Positions 45,454-55,531 of a stretch of DNA of 64,000 nt are shown piece after piece. The DNA is from Prasinococcaceae sp. CCMP 1430 (taxonomy: Eukaryota; Plantae; Prasinodermophyta): the NCBI GenBank assembly GCA_013416795.1, contig RQSC01000024.1:113258-177257 (forward strand), read 5' to 3'. The translations under genes were made by a program, and so were the position numbers. The stretch's first letter is position 1, and each line of letters begins with the position of its first letter. Below the pieces are notes generated by a model. That model ran no database searches. It was not told the origin of the DNA and worked only from the letters and a program-made list of their open reading frames with translations.

Positions 45454-47757
45454 ATGGCCGACGGCGCCGCCGCGGGCGGCAGCAGCGGCGGCGCCGCCGG
45501 CGGCGCCCCTCGGCCTTCGGTATCTGCATCGACGAAGAGCGCGCGCCATGCGCTGCTTCTGGCCGTTCAGGCGGTGAGCGTCAACGACGCCGAGCTGCGC
45601 AAGGCGCAAGAGGATCGCGACGCGATACGGAAGGGGGTTATTATGGGTTGGAAAGCCTTTTTGTGGCTGCGAGAGCGTTCTCGCTATCGTCGCAGGTATC
45701 TGGGGCCGCGGGAGCAAGACGGCCGCCAGTGCCGCCGAGCCGGTGACGCAGGCAAAAGCAGCGGCTATCGCATCGGCGGCTCTTTGGACGGCTCAGGCAG
45801 CACCGACGGCCCTCGCGCCACGTCGGCGGAGCGTGCGCGCCGGGCGCTGCTCCTGGTGGCGCAGGTGATGGGCGTCAGCGCTGCCGCCGTGCGCGAGGCG
45901 CGAGCGGAGTGCGAGCTCGCCGCGATGGACGCATGGCGCTTGCCTGCGACCTCGCGCGCAGCCTTAGCTGGCGACATCGACCGCCTCCGGCTGTTGCTTG
46001 AGGCGGGCGCCGACACGGAACAAGCAGACGGCAACGGCTGGACTCCGTTGATCTGGGCAGTGGGCTCTGGCGAAGGTACGGGTTGCCTCCGACTGCTGCT
46101 CGAGGCGGGCGCCGACACGGACAAGACCACGCGTGTACATGGGACTGCGCTCATGGTCGCGGCCGACGGAGGCAACGCAGACTGCGTCAAGACGTTGCTC
46201 GACGCTGGCGCCGAGGCGGACAAGGCCAGGTCCGACGGGTCGTCTGCGCTGATGATCGCGGCCGACAAAGGCAACGCAGACTGCGTCAAGACTTTGCTCG
46301 ACGCAGGCGCCGATGCGGACAAGATCACGCGTGATGGCTGGACTACGCTGATGTTCGCGGCCAAAAGAGGCTTCAATGACTGCGTCAAGACGCTGCTCGA
46401 CGCAGGCGCCGACGCGAACAAGTCCATCGGCCGCGTCGTCGGATGGACTGCGCTGATGCGCGCGGCCCAAGAGGGCCACACTGACTGCGTCAAGACGCTG
46501 CTCGACGCAGGCGCCAACGCGGACAAGACCAGATACGATGGATGGACTGCACTGATGGCAGCGGCCGAAGGTGGCCGCACTGACTGCGTCAAGACGCTGC
46601 TCGCCGCTGGCGCCGACGTGGACAAGGCCAGCGACGACGGGTCGTCTGCGCTGGTGGTTGCGGCCAAAAGAGGCTGCACTGACTGCGTCAAGACGCTGCT
46701 CGACGCAGGCGCCGACGCGGGCAAGACCAGGACCGATGGCAGGACTGCGCTGATGATCGCGGCCGACAAGGGCTTCACTGACTGCGTCAAGACGCTGCTC
46801 GACGCAGGCGTCGACACGGATAAGACCAGGTACGATGGATGGACTGCGCTGATGCTCGCGGCCCAAAATGGCAGCGCAGACTGCGTCAAGACGCTGCTCG
46901 ACGCAGGCGCCGATGCGGGCCATGCTAGCGGCCACGACGGATGGACTGCGCTGATGCTCGCGGCCGACAAAGGCTTCACTGACTGCGTCAAGACGTTGCT
47001 CGGGGCGGGCGCCGACGCGGATAAGGCCTGCGACCACGACGGATGGACTGCGCTGATGCTCGCGGCCCACATTGGCAGCGCAGACTGCGTCAAGACGCTG
47101 CTCGACGCAGGCGCCGACACGGAACAGGCCGAGGTGGACGGATGGACTGCGCTGATGTTCGCGGCCCAAAATGGCAGCGCAGACTGCGTCAAGACGCTGC
47201 TCGCTGCTGGCGCCGACGCGAACAAGGCCAGCGACCTCCACGGATGGACTGCGCTGATGCTCGCGGCCGACAAAGGCTTCACTGACTGCGTCAAGACGTT
47301 GCTCGGGGCGGGCGCCGACGCGGAAAAGGTCAGGGATGACGACGGATGGACTGCGCTGATGCTCGCGGCCGAATTTGGCTTCACTGACTGCGTCAAGGCG
47401 TTGCTCGACGCAGGCGCCGATGTGGACAAGGCTGAGGAGGACGGATGGGGGACTGCGCTGATGTTCGCGGCCCAAAATGGCAGCGCAGACTGCGTCAAGG
47501 CGTTGCTCGACGCAGGCGCCGACGCCGACAACACCAGGCCCGATGGATGGACTGCGCTGATGATCGCGGCCCAAAAAGGCAACGCAGACAGCGTCCGAGC
47601 GTTGCTCAGGGCGGGCGTCGACGTCACCATTGCTACGGATGCCGGCCTGACGGCACTCAAGATCGCCGAGACGCCGAGACGCCCCAACGCCGAGGTCGTC
47701 GCCCTGCTGCGCGCCGCGCAGCCGCCGCTGCCGTACGATGATTCCAATGACGAGTGA
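45454..47757 (+). CDS. Ankyrin-repeat protein with about 17-18 repeats
   Basis: Repeated DGWTALMxAAxxGxxDCVKTLLDAGAD. Confidence 0.92.
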   Translation: MADGAAAGGSSGGAAGGAPRPSVSASTKSARHALLLAVQAVSVNDAELRKAQEDRDAIRKGVIMGWKAFLWLRERSRYRRRYLGPREQDGRQCRRAGDAGKSSGYRIGGSLDGSGSTDGPRATSAERARRALLLVAQVMGVSAAAVREARAECELAAMDAWRLPATSRAALAGDIDRLRLLLEAGADTEQADGNGWTPLIWAVGSGEGTGCLRLLLEAGADTDKTTRVHGTALMVAADGGNADCVKTLLDAGAEADKARSDGSSALMIAADKGNADCVKTLLDAGADADKITRDGWTTLMFAAKRGFNDCVKTLLDAGADANKSIGRVVGWTALMRAAQEGHTDCVKTLLDAGANADKTRYDGWTALMAAAEGGRTDCVKTLLAAGADVDKASDDGSSALVVAAKRGCTDCVKTLLDAGADAGKTRTDGRTALMIAADKGFTDCVKTLLDAGVDTDKTRYDGWTALMLAAQNGSADCVKTLLDAGADAGHASGHDGWTALMLAADKGFTDCVKTLLGAGADADKACDHDGWTALMLAAHIGSADCVKTLLDAGADTEQAEVDGWTALMFAAQNGSADCVKTLLAAGADANKASDLHGWTALMLAADKGFTDCVKTLLGAGADAEKVRDDDGWTALMLAAEFGFTDCVKALLDAGADVDKAEEDGWGTALMFAAQNGSADCVKALLDAGADADNTRPDGWTALMIAAQKGNADSVRALLRAGVDVTIATDAGLTALKIAETPRRPNAEVVALLRAAQPPLPYDDSNDE

Positions 47758-48087
47758 GCGGGAAGAGGAGTGCCGCTCGGAGTACGACTCGGACGACTCG
47801 AAAACCATCCCGACAACGACTTTCCGGAGGAGCAGGACAGCGACTGGGACGACGACATCTTCGGCGGCATGGGCATGCGCATGGAGGCTGCCACGCATGG
47901 CAGGTCCGGGCGAGGCGACGGCGATTATGAGGCGGCCGACATGTGTGCGCTCTTCACCACAGACAGCAGGGGCCCTGCACACCGCGACGCCCTGGCTCGC
48001 CCGCCCGCCCGCGCGCCCACCCACCCACCCGCAGCCTGGCTCGCTCGCCCACCATCCACACTCCCCTCCAGCTCGCTAGAGGGCGTA

Positions 48088-49400
48088 GTAGTGTAGGGTG
48101 CGATTACAGTACGAGAAGACGCAAGCGCAAGGTTGCGTAGCGCGCATGTGTAAGATCTAGGTGCATGTGTGAGAGCGAGCTATCCGCCCGCAGCGCTGCC
48201 GCGAGAGCGGCGCCTGGGGCGATCGTGTGTGTGCACGCCGCACGCGCGGAGCACGCATGCCGACGATGAACTGTGCAGGCCGTCGGCAAGGACCCGAAGG
48301 ACCTTGTCCGTCGGCCAGCGGCTTGGGTTCGTCGCCGTGACCCTGTGGGTGAAGAGGTGCTCGATGGCACGTAGAGCTCGATGAACGACTCGAACAATAG
48401 CGCTTGCTCGGCGATGACCTCCGCGGTCTCGCGCTGGTCCACGCCGTGGACGGAGGCGATGGCTGCGTCGCTCATCCGCTGGCCCATGGCAATGGAGCGA
48501 AGAGGGTGCGATTACAGTGAAGGACCCTTTGCAGCAGAAGGAAGACGCAAGCGCAAGGTTGCGTAGCGCGCTGGACCAAGCATGGTGGACCGCAAGCATG
48601 ATCCTTCGCGTCCTCGCCGAAGGCCTGCCTAGCGCCTCGGCGACATGCTTGCTTGGCGCTCTTACACACGACCGTCCCAGCCGCCCCCCAGAGGGCAGCG
48701 TTGCGGGTGGGCTAAGAGGTTTTCCGAACGGCTTAAATTCCGGCGGCGCCTTCCTAATCTTCCCCGCAACTGCCACCTTGGCGCTTGCATCTTCGTGCAA
48801 GGTGAGATAGACCCTAGACCCTATGCTCGGTTTGCAGGCGGGCGCGTCACTTCGGGCGCACGCGTCCTTGTAGTGTAGGGTGCGATTACAGTACGAGAGG
48901 ACGCAAGCGCAAGGTTGCGTAGCGCGCGTGTGTAAGATCTAGGTGCATGTGTGAGAGCGAGCTATCCACCCGTAGCGCGGCTGCGAGAGCTGCGCCTTGG
49001 GCGGTCGTGTGTGTGCACGCCGCACGCGCGGAGCACGCATGCCGACGATGAACTGTGCAGGCCGTCGGCAAGGACCCGAAGGACCTTGTCCGTCGGCCAG
49101 CGGCTTGGGTCTGTGGTCGTGACCCGGTTGAGGAAGAGGTGATCGATGTCGCCTATGGAGGAGCTGTGCGCACGGCCCAGGGTGTCGAACGCCAGCGTGT
49201 GGAACTGGATCCTGTGGTGCGAGCAGATCTGCGCGTAGCGCTGGCGGTGAACCTTGTAGAGGTGCTGCAGGCCCGCCGCCGTGGACGGGTTCGCGCCTGC
49301 CCTGTTGATCTGGGCTGCCGGATCCGTGAAGGCGACGTCGAGGCAGTGTCTGTCGCCTGTGTTGGTGTCCTTGAGATCACTTGACTTCACGCGATGCACC
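48088..49400 (-). mobile_element. Cluster of 5'-truncated 3' ends of an RLE-type non-LTR retrotransposon (copies 48088-48366, approx. 48502-48571, 48870-49400; diverged inverted copy approx. 48598-48795)
   Basis: ORF 49399-48962 reads LDVAFTDP...YK..RQRY..IC...F..LAFDTLG...VLRVLADGL, resembling the PD-(D/E)xK endonuclease C-terminus of RLE elements. Two copies end in ...GTACTGTAATCGCACCCTACACTAC; the short copy shares ACTGTAATCGCACCCT. Confidence 0.7.
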
Positions 49401-52400
49401 GCACGCTTGCGCCTGTAGGCGGGCGCATCGGAAGCCGGAAGGCGCTGAACTGTGGCGCGGCCGCGAGGTACACGGCATTCTCCTCAAAGTCGAAAGCGTT
49501 CTCTCGCGCGTAAAGATAGTAGGCGTCGGTGCAGCCCTGGGGGTCGCCGACGGCGCACATGAAAGGAACACGCTCGAGGCTGCAGCGGCCATCCCCCGTA
49601 GCCAGCTCATAGTCGCAGCGCAGAGTCGCGTTGCACAGCTCTTCCCTCAGTCCAGGTGCGGGCACAGTCGTTGCGTACCTCGGTTTCGAAGCGGCAACGC
49701 AGAACGCGCTCGACGCGCTGGCTACCTCGCGCTGCAGCAAGGGCGCAGACAAGGGCAGAGGGGCAAAACCGGCTACGCCGGGATCACGACGCGCAAAGAA
49801 GTATGCCGCGTCCAGCAGGGAGCCGGTGCCGTCAAGACCCAGGCTAAGGTGAGCGAGATCAGCGTTGAAGTCTACCCAGACGTTGGTCCGAAGTGCCACA
49901 CCGCTCATCGAGGATCGCCCCAGCTGGAAATCCCTCAAGCTGCTATGATGGGCCACCACGAGTGGGCGCTGGCCCGCGGCGGGCACACGCGTTGCGCCGG
50001 AATAGAGCTCGACAAACGCTGACCCGTCGCATGTCTGCTCAGCGCCGATGATGTTTTGACTCGGAGCGCCGCGCCGCTCTCGCGGGCAAAGGCGCGCGGT
50101 GCGGTTTCCCAGGACGCGTAGCGACGGCAGTCCAAACTGTTGCAGCTTGGCGTTGTTCTCGATGAGCATGCCGCCTCCCTCTCGTGCGGCCACGACGCGC
50201 AGTCGCGGGGCCAGCAGGCGGCGTAGCGAGGGATTGCCGAAACAAATCAGATCCTCGCCGATGCTGACCAGCGTCGGCAAGCTGAGCATTGGCAGCGAGT
50301 GGAGCAGATATGCCTCGAAGTCCTCCTCAACACGTGTGAGAGCGGACAAGTCGACAACGTGCAAACTCCAGCAGTCGTACAACTCAACGTCCTCGCCCAC
50401 CGCCGACAGGCTGCCGAGGGCGAGTGACATCAGTGCAGCACAGGCATGAACCTTCGCATCCTCCTCGACTGCGACTAGTTTCGGCAGCTCAAGCGACGGC
50501 AGCGAGGCCAGAAAGAAAAGCTCTAGGTCCTCGTGGACGCGCTCCAGCCGCGGAGCAGCGACGCGCTGCAGCGCAGAACTCGACGCGATCGCGAGGTCTC
50601 CGGCGAAGACGTGCCGCAGTGACGGCATGTTGATGGCGACATTTTGATCATTGCCGGCGATGAAGATCTCCGGTGCGCGAGAGAGGGCGAGCAAGTCCAC
50701 AGTCAGCAACCCTCGATTGTACGCGATGATGACAGTGCCCACAGAGCTCTTGCCCTTGCCCAGCTGCGAAAGGACGAGGCTCATCCCACCCAGGTTGAAG
50801 GCGATGCGCACGCCAATGGGCGCCTTTTGGAACGCTGGTAGCTCGACAAAAAAGTCGGCGCCAATGCCACCATTGTACGCCAAGTCCAGCTCACCCTTCT
50901 CGACTGCACGCAGCTGCGGCGCTCTCAGGACACGAAGCCGCGCGTTGCCCTCGACTAAGAGGGATTGCTCGATGCTGCGGAGACCGCTCAAATCGATCCT
51001 CTCGGCGTTGCTATGGATGATGCTGAGGCATCCATCGATGCGGCTCAGCGTTGCACCCGCCACCACGCACTTTATCACACCGACGCCCACGCCACGTGTA
51101 TCGCCAGGCGAAAGCGTGACACTCCCCGCGGCGGTTGCCGCCCCGCCGAGCATGAGGCTGAGGTCAAGGCAACCATGTGCGTCAATCCAAGCTTCGTACT
51201 GACCCGCACGAGGGGCCTCAGGCGCGCACGCCCCAACGCCTGCGCAAAAAGCGCGCAGCCAGGAATCGCTGCCGCCCTCGTCGGCGTCGGCGTCTGGCCC
51301 ATCCACGCCATCGCCGGAATCAATGACAGAATCTGCGTTGTTGCCCGCGCTGCCGCCAGAACACAGAGCGAGACGCAGCAGAGCTTGTGCCTGCGTCGCG
51401 CCGAGGTCTCCGCCGAGGCCGCACTGCGCGCAGAACCAGCTGTCTTGCGGGCAGTCACCCGGATGCACGTCGGGCGACGTAGGGCAAATATCAGCATCGT
51501 TGCCGGCGTTGAGGTTGAAGCGGGCGGGTTCAGGCGTACCCGCATTGAGCACGATCGAAACCAGCTCAGGATTGTCCACTACCGCGAATACCGGGGCGGC
51601 GCGCGTCCGGCGGAAGGCCAGCTCGCGCAAGGCTGGAAACGCAAGCGATTGCAGCGCGGCGTTTTCGAGAATGAGCGTGGCGCCAACTCCGAGGCGGCGC
51701 AAGGCAGGCAGCGTCAGTGTTGGCAGCTTATCGTTGAAGGCGAACACAAAGATACCGTCGAGGACGTCGTCCCGGCCACGTGGCTCCAAACCGGCCCCGA
51801 GGATGGACACGACGCGAGCGAGGTCAACGGACATCAGCACGCGATTGTTGTAGACCGATACGCTCCCCTGGACCTCTTGTAGCGCCGGTAGCTCGATTGC
51901 CTCGAGCGAAGCGCAGCTAGCTACAAGCAGGTCGCCGCCCAGAAGTCGCAGCGCTGGCAGGCGCAGCGTGCTAAGAGTGCGCGAGGCCACGACCTCCAAA
52001 TCCTCTCCGATCGTACACAGCACGGGGGCGTCAAATGCCAAAAGCCTGTCCTCGTTCTCAATCTGGACGTCCTCGCCGACCGACTGGAGTCTGGGCAGAT
52101 GCACAGAGCGCAAGCGTGGGTTGAAGCGTAGCTCAAGATCCTCGGTGACGCTCATCAGTCTCGGGAGTGAAAGCGCCGGGAGCGAGAGGCACTGCACAAC
52201 CTCGCAGTCTTCTCCGACGCGTTCCAGCCGTGGCAGCTCAAGAGTGGTCAGCTCAGGTAGACCATCGATGACCAGATCTTCGCCGACAAGCCGCAGCAAT
52301 GGCGCGTCGATGATCGCGACTCTGCGGCAGTTGCGCACCAGGAAGTCATAGCGGGTCTCCCGCAGCTGCGGAAGGACAAGCGCCGACAGTTGTTTGAGGA

Positions 52401-52935
52401 GGTTGAGGTCCAAATGCAGTCCGATTGTCCTCAGCGCAGTGAGCTCTATCGTCTCTAGCGCTCCGCACGAGTCCACAGCCAGTGTTCGCGAAACGGCCAG
52501 CAGGCGTGGAAACGCGACATCAGCCAGCCACGGCAAAAGTCGTAGCAGCAAATTCTCGTCGACCGAGCGCAACTCAGGCACGGCGATGCGCTCCAGGCCA
52601 GGCAAGTTTGCAAACGCCATATCGCCTGCGACGGTCTCAAGATGAGGCGCCTGGACGCCGACGAGCGCTGCCGAAGCGTCCAGCACGAAAAATGCACCAC
52701 CGACGTGCCGAAGCGAAGGGAACGCCAGCTCGACGCGCGCAGCATCTGTCTCCAAAATCGGCCTCGTGTCACTGTCAACGAAGACTCGGACGGTCCCAGC
52801 CTTGCCCGATGTGACAGACACATTGCTCACGGTTGTCGCAGTCGGCACCTCGATCAGCGTCGTCGCGGTAGAGACCGCCGACCCGACGAGCGCGAGCGCC
52901 ACCGTGGCAAGCGCAGTCGCGAGGCGCAGGCGCAT
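49387..52935 (-). CDS. Large secreted receptor-L-domain-like repeat protein (1182 aa, intronless)
   Basis: Signal peptide MRLRLATALATVALALVGSAVS; many ~22-aa LxxLxLPxLxxVxEDLxI units. Confidence 0.8.
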   Translation of the reverse strand: MRLRLATALATVALALVGSAVSTATTLIEVPTATTVSNVSVTSGKAGTVRVFVDSDTRPILETDAARVELAFPSLRHVGGAFFVLDASAALVGVQAPHLETVAGDMAFANLPGLERIAVPELRSVDENLLLRLLPWLADVAFPRLLAVSRTLAVDSCGALETIELTALRTIGLHLDLNLLKQLSALVLPQLRETRYDFLVRNCRRVAIIDAPLLRLVGEDLVIDGLPELTTLELPRLERVGEDCEVVQCLSLPALSLPRLMSVTEDLELRFNPRLRSVHLPRLQSVGEDVQIENEDRLLAFDAPVLCTIGEDLEVVASRTLSTLRLPALRLLGGDLLVASCASLEAIELPALQEVQGSVSVYNNRVLMSVDLARVVSILGAGLEPRGRDDVLDGIFVFAFNDKLPTLTLPALRRLGVGATLILENAALQSLAFPALRELAFRRTRAAPVFAVVDNPELVSIVLNAGTPEPARFNLNAGNDADICPTSPDVHPGDCPQDSWFCAQCGLGGDLGATQAQALLRLALCSGGSAGNNADSVIDSGDGVDGPDADADEGGSDSWLRAFCAGVGACAPEAPRAGQYEAWIDAHGCLDLSLMLGGAATAAGSVTLSPGDTRGVGVGVIKCVVAGATLSRIDGCLSIIHSNAERIDLSGLRSIEQSLLVEGNARLRVLRAPQLRAVEKGELDLAYNGGIGADFFVELPAFQKAPIGVRIAFNLGGMSLVLSQLGKGKSSVGTVIIAYNRGLLTVDLLALSRAPEIFIAGNDQNVAINMPSLRHVFAGDLAIASSSALQRVAAPRLERVHEDLELFFLASLPSLELPKLVAVEEDAKVHACAALMSLALGSLSAVGEDVELYDCWSLHVVDLSALTRVEEDFEAYLLHSLPMLSLPTLVSIGEDLICFGNPSLRRLLAPRLRVVAAREGGGMLIENNAKLQQFGLPSLRVLGNRTARLCPRERRGAPSQNIIGAEQTCDGSAFVELYSGATRVPAAGQRPLVVAHHSSLRDFQLGRSSMSGVALRTNVWVDFNADLAHLSLGLDGTGSLLDAAYFFARRDPGVAGFAPLPLSAPLLQREVASASSAFCVAASKPRYATTVPAPGLREELCNATLRCDYELATGDGRCSLERVPFMCAVGDPQGCTDAYYLYARENAFDFEENAVYLAAAPQFSAFRLPMRPPTGASVRCIA

Positions 52936-54180
52936 TTTTGAGTGTTGCTGACCTGACTGTATGACTGCCAGCTTGACCATATGACTCCCAACAGACTTGG
53001 CTCGCTCCGAGAGAGAGCACCAGGACGCGCAGGCACACGAGTTCGGAGAGCCTGTGCGTGCGGGCGCCGAGGTCGGCCTCGTCGATACAGCGCCAGGCAG
53101 GATCGCTGAAACCCTCGCCGAGCTACTCGCAAACACGGCCAAACAGAGCAACCCGGCCACCCCGCGCGGGCCCAGAGAACGCCCCGCCGCGGCCTGGCGT
53201 GCAGCGACAGCGCTGGCGCTGGTAACACGCTCTCCTGCCCGCCTGTCCGCGCGCGTCGCGCGCGGCGCGCAGGCCCGCGTACGCGCGACACCTACAAGGC
53301 CTCGTGCGCGCCGCGGCGCTCATGCAAGCGCGCGCGCGCCAGTGCGCCGCGCGGCGGTGCACCGCTCGCGCGCGCTCGCGATCCGTCGCCCGTTTTCTTT
53401 TCGCGCGCGGTGTGGCGCAGCCAGCGAGCGCGCCCCGGCACGCGTTGCATTCGTCGCATATCAAATCGAGAGAATCTCCGACCCTTCCATTGCATACGTC
53501 AAATCGAACGCTGAATTGCCGACGTGGCGACAACGAGACTACGCACATCAAACGTAATTGAATCGAACCCGGCGACTTCTGTCCTCTTGTTTTGATGGCT
53601 GGAATCGGGGGGGCGGCCACCGGCAGGGCAGCGTCGCAGCGTGCGCCCTGCAAGCCCGACGAATGTGGCGCGGGCGCGGCTGCGCTGGCGCTGCGCGGGC
53701 GGCGCATCGCGGACGTCGCAGCGCGGGGACACTGAGCGCGCACGCCAGCCACATCGCGCGCGTCGGCCAAGCTCCAACCCGCAGAGCATCCCGTTCGTCC
53801 AGGTCTCGGCCTGCAAGCGCACCCGCAGAGCGGCCGCCGCCTGCGTGAGGCGTCCTGCCGCGTCGGTGGCGCGTCGGTGTCGCATCGGCGTGCGCGCCAC
53901 GCAGCGAGGCGTGCGCGCCACTAAGCGCGCCACTAAGCGCGCCACTCAGCGGGGCGTTAAGCGCACGGGCGTGAACCTCCCTTGTCAACGCGATCGCGAT
54001 CGTGGCAGTGCACGGAGAGGGGCCTGTGGCGACCGCGCGTGCCGACTGCAGCGCGGCGCGGCGCCGCGCGTCCAGACGCTGCGCCACTCACTGCACCCAG
54101 CTAGACGCAGACAACCAGCTCTTCCTCCAAGGACCGTACGCCTCCCCCCTCCATACACACACGCTCGTCCGTATCCCACC

Positions 54181-55286
54181 ATGGGCGGGGGCGATGCATC
54201 GACAGTGCCGGGCATCGCGTTCGCCACACACCTGGGCGAGTTCGAGGTGCGCGAGTGCACCTTTCACCCCTTCCCTGCGTCCAAAACCCGCCTTCGCGCT
54301 GCGTGGGGCGCCCGCGCGGCGAGCTGACGGCGCGCTCCTGTGCCCGGCCGACGCCCCCCCCCCGGGCCGCGGCACGTCGCGCGTCTGCGGTGCAGCTGGA
54401 CCGCGTGATCTCGTCAGCGCCTGCCGAGAAGAGGCTCTACTGCCTCGGACACGTTGGGGGGGAGCGCGCGGTGCTCAAGCTTGAGCGCGGGGGGCTCCCA
54501 GCCGGCGCGGACGAGCTGCGGTCCACGCTTCTGTGCTCGGCGTCAACTCTGTCTCGCACGTTCGAAAACGACGTGTACTCGAAGTATGCTGCCAGCCCGG
54601 CGGCCGAGAGCGGCGCGCTGACCGTCGACCTGATCTGTCCCGCGAGCGACAAGCACGTCAGCAAGTACACGCATCACCCGATGGTGATGGTCGAGGAGAC
54701 GCCCGAAGGGTACGCGAGTGTCACCCAGCCCTTCATCAATTCCATCCCATCCAGCCGCATCAAGTGGGTGTACAACATCCTCGACAAGAGCGCCGAGGCT
54801 GAGCGCATGGTCTTCGAGGACCCTGACGAGTCCACGGGCTTCGTGCTGCAGCCGGACCTCAAGTGGGACGGCTCCGCGGGCGCGCTCTACTGCCTGGCCA
54901 TCGCGCACCGCAAGGACGTACGCTCGCTGCGCGACCTGCGCGCCGAGCACCTGCCCATGCTGCGCAACCTGCTCAACGGCGGCACGCGCGCAATCGAGGC
55001 AAAGTACAGTGTGCCTCGTCACAAGCTGCGTGTGTTCGTGCACTACCAGCCGAGCTACTACCACTTTCACGTGCACTACGTGCACGTCGAGGCGACCGCG
55101 GGCGGGCAGGCGGTCGGCAAGGCGCACCTGCTCGCGGACGTCATCGGCAACATTGAGCTCGTGCCGAACTACTATGAGCGCGCCACGCTGTCGTATACGC
55201 TCTCCGAGGGCGATCCGCTCTACGAGGCGTGGATGAAAGCGGCCGAGGACGGGGTACAGGAGGCAAAGAGGCTGCGCGCCGAGTGA
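54181..55286 (+). CDS. DCPS: Scavenger mRNA decapping enzyme (m7GpppX diphosphatase); exons 54181-54246 and 54396-55286
   Basis: FENDVY, WVYNIL, PDLKWD, SLRDL, HYQPSYYHFHVH (HIT motif). Confidence 0.93.
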
Positions 55287-55531
55287 ACTGTCGCCTGCCG
55301 GCTCCTGACATAAGTCACCACCCTTTGCAGCTGCTGCCTGGAGAGCTCCTTAATAGGCGCCCTTCCTGCCTGTGCGGCCTCGCCCGTGCGCCTCTTGGGC
55401 TGTCAAGCTGCGGCAGGACCTATGCGGACAGTGGGTGCATGCGATGACAACAAATGCAATGTACCTGCTCATGCCTGCTTCCGCGTCGCGTGCAGCGCGC
55501 CGTCGCTCCCCTCGATGCGAGGCAGCGCTCC

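Noticed and set aside
45765-48024. Long minus-strand ORFs over the ankyrin gene, and many similar antisense ORFs (tubulin, AlaX, USP, L-domain gene)
   Set aside because: Shadow ORFs caused by high GC and codon bias; no recognisable motifs.
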